NCBI GenBank assembly: GCA_047495785.1
Contig: JBLDXI010000055.1
Coordinates: 372,001-436,000 of the forward strand
From: Lepidodermella squamata
Taxonomy: Eukaryota > Animalia > Gastrotricha
Direction of reading: 5' to 3'
DNA: 64,000 nt
This document shows positions 1-13,400 of this stretch, in pieces (position 1 is the first letter of the stretch; each line of letters opens with the position of its first letter). Made by a program: the position numbers and the translations under genes. The notes beneath the pieces were generated by a model. The model worked only from the letters and a program-made list of their open reading frames with translations. It made no database searches and was not told where the DNA came from.

Positions 1-231
1 TTAACGTTGTGTCCGTTGACCGTCGTTTTCGACTTTTTCTCTGTTGGTATGATATAACAGTACCCATTGTTGTTCTGCTCCAACGAGTAGCAAATTGTAA
101 GGAAACGCGTTGCTATTTCCGGCTAGAATTAGAGACATCAGTCAAAGATAATAAAGAAAATCGTTCAGAAGTTCATATCATAAATTGAGTCTTTTTCAAT
201 ATAGTTTTTATGATTTTAAATTTTATGTTTT

Positions 232-1409
232 ATGGACGACTCTGAATATGAGGAATCTATTGAGGACCAAAGTAGCGATGAGGAGGGTGTAGAATCTCTC
301 GCCTGCCCGCACCCAGGTTGCGACCGAGTGCTATCTCGGCCTGATCGATTACGCAACCACCTTAAACTTCATTCCGGCGAGAAGCCGTTCGTTTGTGACA
401 AGGAAGGCTGTTCGTCGTCCTACCTCACAGAGCGGGCTTTAAAGCGGCACCAAAAGGAGAAACATGAAAACGAAATTGAGATGGACGCATTCGGGAATTT
501 TATACCAAAGATTCCGAAGCTATTTGCTTGTTCCTATGACGGCTGCTCAGCAACCTATGCTCATGAACAGAGTGTTGCTCGACATATTCGTTTAGCTCAT
601 CTCCGACCTCCTAAATACACTCCAGTTTGTTTTCAGGGCAATTTTTCATTTTTAATTTACTGTATCTTTTTTTACAGTGTACAGTTTGTGGCCAAAAATT
701 TAAGAAGCAAAGCAAGCTAAAAGAACACATGTACTTGCATACCGGCGAAAAAGCTTTCCCGTAAGTTTTTTTTTAATGCAGGAAGGAAACCATAAAATGA
801 CTCGATCCATGTGAAGATGTGAGCATCCTGGCTGCGACAAAGCGTTTTCGAGGCTAAGTCATCGGAAGTTGCATCAAAAAACGCACGAGGGATATAAGTG
901 CAGCGAGTGCGATGCGAGGCTCAACTCCTGGTCAGACCTCGTGGCTCACAAGAAAGAAACTCATTCGAAGAAAAAAAGTTCGAGAAAATATGAAAATATT
1001 TGATTTTTAAGTTGGATTTTTGTTGTTTCTTTTTTCAGATCGAGAGAAAGTCTTCTCTTGTAGTGAACCTGGCTGCGATCGATCCTATACGAGAGCTAAA
1101 TACTTGAATCAGCACATTGCTCGATTCCACAAAGGCGAACGTGAGACGTGTCCGAAATGCGAGCGGTTGTTTTCAACGAAGCAAAAATTAGCGATGCATG
1201 TCTCGAAATATCACGAGGGCGATAATCCGCCGCCTCTGCCGCCGTTACGCCAGCGCCCTAGCAAAAAACCACGCCCGGCCAAGTTGACGCCTGAAGAAAA
1301 ACTCCAACGGACCCATGAGCGGCTCGCTTTACGGCTGAGTGGCGTTCGCAAAGCGCCTGATCAGGAAGTGCTTGTCGAGCCTTCAAGTCAAGTTCGCGAA
1401 GTGCAATAA
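232..1409 (+). CDS. GTF3A: Transcription factor IIIA (C2H2 zinc-finger protein); 4 exons approx. 232-624, 678-760, 818-977, 1039-1409
   Basis: Spliced product has 8 C2H2 fingers, several CxxxGC type. TFIIIA hallmarks: HEGYKC...NSWSDLVAHKKETH (finger 5/6 junction), REKVFSCSEPGCDRSYT, and C-terminal LALRLSG resembling the SLASxLSG motif. GT-AG introns keep frame. Confidence 0.85.
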
Positions 1410-1608
1410 TAATAAAACGCGAGAAAGAGAGAGAGAGGAAAGTCATTACCGCGTGTTGTTGTTGTTTTGTTTTTCATGCTATTTTTTTCGCTGTAAATAA
1501 TCGATCGACTTTTGACAATTGTTACTTGCCGTTTAAAGTTTTAGACTTATATTGTTATTTTATTTGCTTGTTTACGCGCCGAAAATCGTTCGCGCGGACT
1601 AATACGAC

Positions 1609-2880
1609 ATGAATTTGAAGGAATCGAAAGATAAATTGGCGACGGCGCTTGGTGATGACATGAAAACGTGAGTGCGTTGCCGTTGTTGTCCGTAGTATAA
1701 TAACGCCTTTGCCTCGCGCGCACTCCCTAATGGCAGCTGCTGCGTGAAATAATGAGAAAATCAATCAATTTTGATTGTTATTTTTTTGAATTGTTGTTTC
1801 ATCTTGAATTTTCCCAGCTATTTGGAGTATCTGAAGCTGTGGTTTCGCCAGAAAGTTACCCGCGATGAGTTTGAATCAAGGACGCGCCGTCTTTTGAAGC
1901 ACCAACATTTGCGTATGTTAATATATTTCCGGGAAAAAAACGAGAAAAAATTGAAGATATATTCTTAGTACGACTTCACAATGAGTTCATACTGGACTTG
2001 CTCGCTGAATGCCAGAGTTTTGCTGTTGCGAAACCGCTGACAGCCAGCGTTTCACATAGCATCGCTTCTTCCTCTGCATCTACATCGTCATTTTCAGTAC
2101 AGAAGAAGAGAAAAATTGCGAATGAAAATCCAGTGAGTTGACGCAAAAATAATCCAAGTCTTTAAAAACTGAATTTTTCCGAAGGTTGGCTACCAGAGCG
2201 AACCATCGTTGAGCGAAACGTTGTCCAGGGTCGAATCGGATTCCAGTGCTCAAAATCAGGCAAATCGTCCTAGAAAATTCCCGAATTATTGCTCAAATGA
2301 TCTGTTGTTGCCTGATATTTCGCTTGTGGCCGGACGCGCTAAAATTACAGCCTGGTTGCATGGCCTCTCCGACGGCGTTTCGGACGATGCCTGCGAAATG
2401 ATGGTGCAGGCTTGTGATAATTTCCTCAAGCGAATCGTAACAGCTTCGATTATGTCCAGTGGCGCTTCGATTCATCGACGTTTAGGAGCCAATGGGCCGG
2501 GAGCTGCCCCATTCGGCCGGCCGGTCACCCTTCAATCGCACTCACCTTGGCCGGAGAAAATTTTCGACGCAATTTACCCAGAATTGTAAGTATTGAGGTC
2601 AATAAAAATTTCATTTTTTTTTCATAATATTTTCAGAAACCATAACAATTACTCGACGGAAAATAGCAGATCTCTTCTATCAGCTGTGAGTTATCGCGAG
2701 GTTGTAGAAGCTCAGGAGGCGCATTTGCTGGCGTTTTCAACTGGGCCGGATCGGCAGGACGTGTTGACCCTGCAGCGGATCAAACAAACACTACATCTCT
2801 CTTACCTTGATCTTCAATTGCCGAACATTTTTCGTTCTCGTTGCTTGATTCGCGCGAATGGTGCAATGATTTCTGATTAA
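1609..2880 (+). CDS. TADA1: Transcriptional adapter 1 (SAGA subunit Ada1), about 5 exons
   Basis: MNLKESKDKLATALGDDMKT/YLEYLKLWFRQKVTRDEFESRTRRLL...LHNEFILDLLAECQ matches the Ada1 N-terminus; LLPDISLVAGRAKITAWLHGL...FLKRIV matches the histone-fold region. Confidence 0.9.
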
Positions 2881-4881
2881 TTTGCGATTTTTTTGTAATT
2901 TTTTTGTTACACGGCGAATAAAAGACGTTGGATGTGTAATATCAAAATTCGCTTTATTTTTTTAAATAATTTTTTACACATTCACTGTGACCTCAAAATT
3001 AAGTGTAGGACGCGATTTTAAATAATCAATCAGTAATAATAATTTACGGATTATTCAATAGAGATGCGACGAGTCAAAGCAGTCGACGATCAAAGAATAG
3101 CGCTATGAATTTCTTATTTGATAAATAGCATGACGAAATCTTTAGTGGCTATTCTTCCTGTATACGTAATTTTTTTTAAGAATGTTGCTACTCCGGGTAG
3201 AGAACGCGGGCATTCATCAATGGTTACAAATGGTTCAGTCGCCGAGTGGGTAGAAATTCGTTTTCTTCCAAGAATAAACAAAGATTGAAACACAAAACAA
3301 ATAGCCATGAAAAAGACATCGAAATCATGATTGAAGAGCTGAGAATCAGAGAATCGCTTTGGTTCCTCTAATCCAGGATGTGTGGTGGCTTTGCCTGAAG
3401 TTTTATTGAAAATCGTAGAATGAAGCGATAATTTCTCGTTCATAATTATCATGAAGGCATTGACTTTCTTTTTATAGTTGAGATTCGCTTTCAATCAAAT
3501 ATCATCGATTTGCAGCCAGAGATACGACATGGTTCGATAATTCTTTGTACAAGCAATTGTTTCAGGTTCATCATCTATGTTTTTACAGCCTACACGCAGG
3601 TAATGTCTCCGGTGGTGAGAAAAAGCTATAAATATAGCCTGTTTCGATGAGATGCGATTTTTAGAGCGAAAATGACACAATATAACAGGAAAACAATAGA
3701 AAATAAACCACCACCATCAAAGAATTTCGCCCATCATTTGTATTTTACAGAGCTCAAAATAGATTTTTCTTTTCAATTATTATTTACAAGATCGTTTCGA
3801 AAATTGGCTCAAGTTCGATGTCAGGGTTTATCATATCAACAAAGCGTCTTGTCGTCAAAGTTCCAGAGATGAAAGGGCCCTCCCGCAGAAGAGAACAAAG
3901 CACAGCAGGCGCGGTGGATGAATCGACGTAAAAATAGAATATTTTCCATCATCCAAACGCGCTGTTTGTTTCGCCGGTTAAGCGAATGATATATTGAATA
4001 AGATCGATTAACACTTGAGAATATGTTACCGCAGGTTACACGCAGCTATGTATAGATAGCAATACTTCGTTATAACAAAAGTAGATCTCTCTACAATAGC
4101 ACATTGTTGATGTCAATTTTATACAAAGAATAGTAATATTTCTTCTAAATAATTTATAATAATAAAAAGACCACCCTTCTCCTCGTCGCAAACATTCTTA
4201 ATCACAGGGAGCGCAATTAATTTAAAGATATTATTATTGTAATTTTTTTCGGTTATACAATATTACACCTTCGAATAATTACGGCGAGAAAAAGTAATAC
4301 CTCTCAAATTTCACGGCGTCAGGAGGAATCGTGTGGTTGTTTTTTTAATCAATAGAATGAGGAGAGTAATCATTGAAATTTGCAGTTAATTATAGCTAAT
4401 GAAGCGCTGCTAAAGAGGTATGTATGTATTTTAGTCAAGATTGTCGTGATGTATGTATCAAAGGATGTGCGATGTAAAAACTTGAGAGCAATTCGTTATG
4501 CAATCTCGGTTGAAAGCGGCTGCTGAAAGCTGTCATCTCATACCGCTACAAAAAACGTAGCAAATAATATAACGGCGGCCGACAGCTGACGGCAATTTTT
4601 CACCTATAGGGGAAAATCATAGGCGCAAGCTTTTCCGATAAAACAGTTATAAGACCGAGGAAGACTTGCTTCAAGCTATAGATAATAAAACTATTAGTAT
4701 TAATTGAACCGAAAATCTGCTACGGCATGATGGGAAATTTCAAAAGTTCGCAAGGTTTTGGCAGTGGGGAATCGCAAGTGCGCCTATAATAATAATATAA
4801 AATGAATCAGTAATATGGCAGTTATCTAAACTTGTGCAGAAGGATTGAGATTCGAGTCAAGGGTAATAAAATCATGTCATA

Positions 4882-7472
4882 TTAGCAGAAAAAATGCGCC
4901 GCAATAGCGAAGATTAAAATTGGCGCGTTTTGAAGCACGATAGCTGAGGCTTGGATGAAGAAGGCAACAAAGCCGCCGGCTGACGGGAATGAAGGCATCG
5001 CAATGGGTGACCGAGCGATCAGCAGCGACGACGCTCCGCCGCGTTGTGGCCCGTTCGAAGAGGTGCGAGCGTAGTTGTAACACGTTATCGTCACAGTTGG
5101 CTTCGCACCGCTCGGCGGCTTCGGGGCTGGAGTCTGCGGCTGCTCCTGAGGCGCCTCGTTTTCTTCGTCGGCATCTAAAATAATCGATATAAATAAGCAC
5201 TCAAATTATGGGGTGAAACTCACAATCGCCACCAGCGCCGCCACCGCCGTTACTTGGCTCGGGAGTTGGTTCCTGGGTGGTAGCCTCCTGTTGCTCCTCA
5301 GGCTCGGGTTCAGCAGCATCTGGCTCGTTGTTAGTCTCGGGTGCTTCTGTTGCCGGCTCCTCGGTAGCCTCAGCGCCACCATCCCCTCCTTCATCCCCTC
5401 CTCCACCGCCACCTTCAGATTCCCCGGGCGACTCCGAGCCCGCCTCGTTCGTCGTCTCAGTCTCGGCGGTCGGCTCAACCTCCCCACCGCCGTCACCACC
5501 CTCAGCATTAGCACCGTCATCGGCGTTGTTCTCGCCATCAGCCTCGGCCGGTGAATCACCCTCGCCGTTGTCGTCGCCTTCGACATTCTCCTCGTCGCCA
5601 GCCTCAGCAGCGTCTTCGTCGTCACCCTGGCGCCGCTTTCGAATCAACGCCCTGCGCCGGCGACTACTCCGCCGCCGACGCCGGTGCCGCCTCATGTGGA
5701 ACGACTCGCCATCCGGCCGATACGTTGTTTCAATCGCGAACCAAACGCGTCGCATATAAAACTCGCGTTCAGCCGGCGTTCCGTTGAACAAGCATTCGCT
5801 GGACAAACGAAGTTCAAGACTCGTCCCGCCCGACTCCTGGTACTCCAACCCATCGCCGCCAGCAGCCGTCGATTTGCGGCACAGCGCCGGTATGCACGGG
5901 TCGTTCGACTTCTCGAACGAATTCTCCGTACATTCGTCGTTGTACATGGTCAACACGCGTTGGTTGATGACGTTTCTAAAGCCGCTGGTCTTCGAATTCC
6001 ACGACCTAACGTGGTACGCCACTAGGGTGACATTGACGAGAGGCGACGACGAGCGGAGAATGCACTCGCAGCTGGTCTGCGATGGCGTATCCTCGCGCTG
6101 GTAGTTGGGTGACCACAACCACGTCGTCGTTGTTTCGCCCGTCTCCTTAACGGGCACGTCGATCTTGGTGGCATTCTTCGCGCTGGTCGGGCACATTTCG
6201 TTCGGCAAGCCGCTTGGCGACGGATTCGCCGTGCACATGTAGCCGAGCTCGAGCACAACTGGCACCTTCATCTGCTTGTCCGCGTCATGAAAGACATCGC
6301 CTGCTTCTGGAATAGCTTTAAACGTCTCGGAAAACTGGCGAGCGTTGATGTTCTTGCTGTCGGTCGACAAGCAATACGTTTGGGCTGTAGAAATTACAAT
6401 AAATATTGGAAAATTAGGAATGGTTTAAAATTTACCCTGGCAATTTTTCATGAGCATGTCAGACACGTTGTCTTGCGGATCGACGGCAACGGGCAGACTG
6501 CCGAGCGATGCCATGGCAATTTCGCCGGTTGTCTTGTTGAGCTCGCGCGTCCAGAGGCACGAGCGCGGTCCGAAGCCGCTCCACGCCTTCTGGTCGCTGA
6601 TCAAGTGCGCGCGCAGTTCAACGATGCGAATGATCGGCCCGCGGGTTATCTTGGCCTGGCTGTCAGCCGACGTCGCCATAACCTCGCCGTTGCCGGTTCG
6701 CAGCGTCATCGACTGGCCCATGCACGTCACGTTGATGGTGGCGTTGCCGCCCGAAGTCGGGCACATGAGCCAGTACTGGCGGCGGATTTGATTCGACACG
6801 TCTTGTCCAGTGACAGAAGTAACCAGGTCAAACGGTCCTGAACGAATCAATCAATTAATCAATGAAAAACGTAATTGCTCTCAACTCACCGAATGAAATT
6901 AGAAAAATTGCTAAAATACAAGCGGACAGCAGTGGTAGAGGGCGATTATGATGATGATGTGAATAAAAATTAAGGTGGCAGCGTGGCTTCGATAGGTCTT
7001 TGCATGGCAGAGACGATGCTGAATTTAAGGAACTTGACGATGACGACGACGAACTTGACGACCAGTAAGGCCGAGTGCGTATTGTTGTTACTTGATGATG
7101 GCGGGAAGATAGTCGAAGAGCCGCACCGCCGCCATCCGGGGGCGGCGATGAAGCGGCGGCGAGGAGCGATGAACCGGGACGGGTGATGATGGTTTTTTCG
7201 GACGACGACGACGACGACGACGACGACAATGACGGTGACAATGACGAAGTTGGCCGGTGCCGTTGGCGCTGTGAAAAAGGCACGGCTTGTTGTTCTTGTT
7301 CTTGTTGTTGAGTCGGCGGTGCGGAAGAGTGTAACGGCGGTGTTCGATCGTTGAGCTGTTGCTGCAGTAAAACACTGGCGTTAAACGGCGGGTCCGGCTC
7401 AGTCACCGGTTCGTGGTCTTTGCGCCGAATCAGGCGCGTTTTACTGCTACTGCAGCTGTTGCTCGGCGCCAT
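4882..7472 (-). CDS. Cell-surface protein with divergent CUB-like Cys domain, polybasic/acidic linker and hydrophobic (GPI-like or TM) tail; exons approx. 7472-6890, 6837-6437, 6386-5224, 5174-4882
   Basis: Four GC-rich exons join in frame. Hydrophobic LLSACILAIFLISFG segment; WSPNYQ...SCECIL...VNVTLV resembles a CUB start; hydrophobic C-terminus. A near-identical paralog at 17527-19084 preserves the frame. Confidence 0.75.
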
Positions 7473-7499
7473 TCTTCAACGCACAAGCACCGTAGTAGT

Positions 7500-10400
7500 A
7501 GTGAAATATCGAACCTGAGTAACCAGAAAAACTAAATGTCCTCACACGGCAGTATATGCGCCCATCGAGCTTCGAAAATCACGCGGAAAAATTCGATGCG
7601 GCGCCGATAAAAAATTTCAATTAATCACATAAAGTTATCTATATATAGAAAAAAAGAGATAAATAACCGATTTCAATCTTGATCGGTGCAGTAAATAAAA
7701 CTGGTAAATAATGCACTTGAAGATTTTGTGTAAAGATGCGCGAGAAATGATATAAATACTTTTGTCATCGTGATGATCATCAATTATCATTCTGGCGATG
7801 CGTGCATAATGAGGCGCGGCCAGAAACAAAGTAAGACGAAAAAATCTGGCTGGCGCCGAGCCGCATCAGTGCACGGCGGGAAAAACTACGCGGCGCGGGA
7901 TTTGCGCGCTTTTCGGCCCGAGTGCGCTCATCGCTCATCGCTCGCATATATGCGCGCGCGCACACGCCTTTTTTCGTCTTTTACCGACAAACGCGAGAGC
8001 GAGCGGCGACAAAACGAGATATTTCACGCAGGACATTTGGCAAATGAAGCGAGGCGGCTAAGTAATAATAGTAATAATAATCTAACTATTTCGCCGGCCA
8101 GCTTCTGCCGCCTAGTATAGCCGTAATATAATGCGTATAATATCTATGAGATATAAGGTCAATAAGCTTCGACGAGTTTTTGGCGACGGCAACGGGCGCG
8201 GCGGTACCCGTGTTGTTGTTCTCACTTTTACAGGCAACAGTATAATGCAATATATTTCGCCGGCGATGATGATGATGATAATGATGAAAATGGCTGCTGG
8301 CCGGCAGCTACATGACAGATAAATATGGTAACTGACTGGCCGTGACTGCAACGGCGACGGCGGCGACGACCGAATGCTGAGCTTCTGATTTTGCTCCTAA
8401 ATAATAATAATAATAATAATAATATCTGCGCACTGCTGGCTGTTATACAGGCGCCGATGACGGCCGTGTAGATTCGATTCGATGTGTTGAGAGCAGAGCG
8501 AGCAATATTATATTAAGCAGCAGCAGCAGCGAAAGGAAAGACAAAGAACACTGAGTGTGTGTCGCAAATGTAAAAATAAAAATAAATGTATTTTTGCCTA
8601 CTATTCACTATAAAATATATGTATGTATATGTGTGTGGGGCGAGCGGGAGGGAGTGAGGCAAATAGTACATACACTATATATATGCTACAACACACCGTG
8701 CGACGACGATATGTCGATATTTTTGCGTTGCCGAATTCAGTCAGGCGAGTTCGCCGAGTAAGTGTGCTTGGCGCGCACAAAATGCATCAGCGCGCCAGCG
8801 ATGGCCGGCGCTCGCAAAAAAATCGATCACGGCCGACCGTCCGACCGACCGGCTGACTGGCTATTCGAGCCGCCGTGTGCTATGTGTGTGTGCGCGCGCG
8901 CGCAAATCGCCGCACGACGACCGCGTGCGACTACTTACTCGGCACGGCGGCGATCGGCGGCCTTTTTAATATGACGAGCAGTGTTGAAACAAAGGCAAGA
9001 TACATGCAGAACACGATGACGCCGAGGCACGGCGAAGAAGAGGGAGTAAGTGAGTGTGCGCGAGAGGGACTCGCCGCAGCAGTGTTTAAGTACTGCATAA
9101 AACGTAGCAAGATCGAATAAATCGAACGGCGAAAATAGTAAGACGCGTTGTACCGCACTGGCGACCTGCGTGTACTTGTTGCTCCGATATATCGAACATG
9201 TGATCACAGAAGCGCTGCTGATCGCCACACACAAACTAAGACATACAGGAAGCTTAGCGCGCGTAATAATAATAATACTAACATCTTAACGTTATTATTA
9301 TTATCGGCAAAAAATAATATTAATAATAATGAAGAGCAAGAAGATCGCTTTCATTCTGACGGGGCGCGTCATTGTGACTTCGATTTATGTGTGTCCTTGG
9401 CCCGCACCTAGAATAATCTAATCTTTCGTTTTAGCGAGATGAAATCTACACACGGGGCCTGCTGCTATATAGACTCATGATGATGACGATGATAATGATG
9501 ATGATGTGAAAATCGAAAATTATTATTATTATTATTATGACACGTCACGCCCGGCCAGCGGACGGGAGTCGCGATTTTATAAGGTGTGCGATGGCAGCAG
9601 CAGAGCGCAGGTTATTATTACAATCAAGCGTCAAACTCGTTGCCGCTGTTTACCGTGTTGTTTATTGTTGTCTCGTGTTGTTTGCGGCGGCGGTGGGCGG
9701 GCGGGCGAGCGCGCGATGATAAAAATTATTATACTTACTTATTATATTATAATAATTAAAAATATTAACAACGTCAAAAATACGAGACGGCCCCGCTACA
9801 GCTTACTTCCTCTTCTAGTGTTTGAAACGCCAAATAATAATAGTAGTCGGAATAAATAATAGTAATCAACGTAAGCGCTTGCTAAATGCACATCCTTTAA
9901 AAACGACAAAACACTTTTTCGCCAGTCGACGAAAAGAAAGGATAAACAAAGTAGAGGCTGCTGGCCCTGTTAAACTTTGAAAGTTCCGGCAGATGACCGA
10001 ATCAATCGCGCCCACATTTTCGCGATTGTTATGCAGAGTGAGAGAAAGATGAGTCGCGCCCCAACTGACAAGTGGGGCTTTTTAAGGTGACCACTGTGGT
10101 CCTGTTAATCCGCAGCCGTCGGGACGACGCGCGCCGCTAATTGACGCGCCTATATTTGTTAATTGCGTCGTGTTAAATAACCGCAGCAAGCAAAGTGCGA
10201 TGATGGTAATCGCTTGAAAATTTGAATAATGCAAGCGCAGCCATCTGCCGAAGCCCTAAAATCTGGAGTTGGCAGTGAATGAAGTGATGAGTATTGAATT
10301 TCACTGCTGCTACTGTAAAAACAAACACAAGTTTTTCTGGTCGCGCAATGTTCACCGAAGCGCATCGCTCGCTCACGCAGCCAGAAAATTGTCGAATCGG

Positions 10401-13400
10401 AAAAATAAATAAACAAATAATAATAATACACATCTCTATCATACGATCGCGTCGAGTTGGATTAAAACAGAAATCAAATAAAAATTCGTGTCGATGATAA
10501 AGTTTTTCAAGAAATATGCAGAAATTTAATATATAATAAGTTAGTATATAAAGTTGATCAATTGTTGTTTGTTGCCAGTTGTTGCCGTTTGTTGTTGACT
10601 GGGCAACGGCGATGAAGATGACAATCAATCAAGGAGGCAAATCATAGACGGGCCAGTGAAAATATGATGATAATGATAAGTTGATGATAATGATGTGATT
10701 TCGCTCAGCATCATCTTCATCGTCGAGTTTTATAGGCCGCTATAAACATTGTCTCATATATATATAAGAATATTGCTACAGAGATCGGAACCGAGATTTT
10801 GACAAGCAGCGCTATATGCGTGGCTATGTTAATGATGAGATCTATAAGGCAAGAAACCAGCGCAAACAAACAAAACGCTGAACATGGCGGCAAAATTTCA
10901 TCCTCAGCCGGCGCCTGCTCTAGCAGACAAAAGCGCAGATGAGACTATAGCAACGTTATTGCTTTCTCATTCAAGGGAATATATCAATATATAGCATTAA
11001 GGCGGATAGTTGTGCATTAGGACACGCAGAAAATATTCGATATATTATATGGTGAATTGTAATTATTGATATTAAAGCGACGCTATCCTGCGCCCAAACG
11101 CATCCCTGCGCGAAACGCTTAGCTCAAGATCTTGAAATATCGCGATTTTTATTCGTCCCAGTAAGAGCGATTACTAAGATTATTGAAGTCGTATCTAAAA
11201 CGTTTAATCAACTAACGGATACAATTTATTAATTATTATCTTACATTTCCACGGAACACAATGCGAAAAAAATCAAGGGAAGTGAATCAATCGAATTGAC
11301 GATGGTCGATGTCGGCGAGAGAGAACGGGAAGACGAAAAAAAACGCGAAGGCGTATGGCTAGCTACACAGGATTTAGTTTACTTTCAATCCTATATGCCA
11401 TTATTGTTGTGCGAAAGCGAAAACAATCACCAGATTTGCGCACTGACTCTATTTTCCTATTTTTTTATCTCCAAGCAACAGTATATAATAAGGGAGAGAG
11501 AGCATTTCAAATTAAAAAAAATGTATAGACCGCCATGCGCATTTACGAAAAATCGAATTTGAAAGGAAGATGAACAAAATCAGCACGGTATATTTTTTGC
11601 CGTTTAACGAAGAGATATATGGGACAATGGCGTATAATAAAAGACATGCAGAGGGCAAAGGCTGCGGAAGCGCGTCTCTATCGCCGGTTTCTATAAATGT
11701 GAATTATATATTCAATGGATATATTTTTTCGCCCGCGCTGTATCGTTGATAGCCGGGTTCGTTTCCGAATTCTTATAATATTAATATAATACAAAATAGT
11801 AATATTGGTGGTATTATATGTATAGTATAGGAAACATTTGACTCTCGAAAAAATATATATGGCAGCGAGTGCTGATCGATTTTTAATTCTGCGTGTTTCA
11901 AAATCAAATCAAATATTATAAAATGTATCGCGGCTGCGAAAATGAAGTAAAGCCCATACATATACGTGGTGGATATGAGAAGAAAAAAAAATAACGCCGC
12001 CTCGCGATCACAAATTTGCCATCGTCAGGAGATTTCGCATATTCAAAAATGAAAATGCACATTAATATAATGATAATACAATGTATGTGAGCCGGCGAGG
12101 CTGACCGAACCGGCCGAGCGAGAACGAACTTGAAACTGAAAATAATACATTTCAATATGGAGATGCGCGCATTCGGCTATATCGCTCTCACTAGTAATAA
12201 TAGTAATACAGCACGTGTACGGCAAGGGGATATATGAAACGAAAAAATACGAGGCGACAGCGAATATTGTTAGTATTATCGCAAAATGAAGATTTTTTCG
12301 ATCGGTCTCTGTTAAAAACAATAATAATATTCGCAGCGCTACCTAATAGTAATGATAAATTGACGCCGTGCTCGATCGATTGAAAAAACGAAGCCGTATA
12401 ACGTTTTTCGCGCTCAGTGCATCGCGGCGACAGTCCGTAATACAGTATCGCTTTTGCTGCTGAAAGGTACCGCGTGCTGGCGCGGGCGAGCGCGCGCTCA
12501 GTATAGTATTTAAAATATTCAGCGATCGACGGCCAACGACTTATTGGCGCAAAATTTGCGTATTTGAGCGCGTGCGCGCATACGAGGCGCGCTCTGTTTT
12601 TGCGCGCTCATTTTTGAGCGTGCGCATATAATACAGCGACAAAAAGGCGAATTACATTCGCGCGGCGCGCGGTGCGACGAAATCATTATAAAATTCATAT
12701 ATTATCAAGTCACCAAGGCTGTGGCTGATTGATTGATTGGATTTTCAGCCGCGAAAGACATAATAGAAGAATTAACATTAGGATGGAATGTTAATATTAG
12801 CAGCGCTGAAAGAAGCAACGCGAAATTTTCCGATTACTTTTTCCATGTTGCGAGTAATTGAAAAAATTGAGTGTACACATAATATACGCCAGGCCTGTAC
12901 CGCGCCTGAAATAAATCGTAATAATATTAAATAAAGCGATAATCGCCGCGCAACTTGCATGGCGGGACACAAAAAAACGCATTATTTTCGACATGCGCCG
13001 GCTATTCGGCCTGTAAGACATACATATAATTCCGGGGCGAATAGCGGCCGGTCGAGAGTCTAATAAAAATTGTCGAGCGCATCCGGCGCCAAGCGGTAAG
13101 GACACATTTTTCCGCACCGCTGACCGGTCGTGAAAAGCGATTACATTGTCGTGTAATATAAAGAAGCAGAAATAATTCGAATTTTGTACTTGCTATTGTT
13201 GTGTTTTTTCCGAGGCGCGTAAACTCTTCACTATAGAGCCGCCATGCCACCCGTTATAGCGACAACAAACAAATAAAAAAAAATTATTTCGGAAGCGGCG
13301 TAATATTCGGAACAAGAACTGTTGTGCATGCAATTATTACTACTTTTTCATTATATTGCGGAATATTATTGACTTCTCTTTTCTCGCAACGATACCGAGA

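Noticed and set aside
1668-1817. Longer first intron of TADA1 as a snoRNA host
   Set aside because: No convincing C/D or H/ACA boxes.
3063-3930. ORFs on both strands and several plus-strand splice-like signals
   Set aside because: No consistent exon chain or recognisable motif; a small gene or decayed TE cannot be excluded.
5206-6841. Many overlapping alternative-frame and antisense ORFs
   Set aside because: Shadows of a GC-rich low-complexity coding exon.
10560-10625. Possible GU-rich hairpin (pre-miRNA-like)
   Set aside because: Pairing is explained by low-complexity TTG repeats; no miRNA I recognise.
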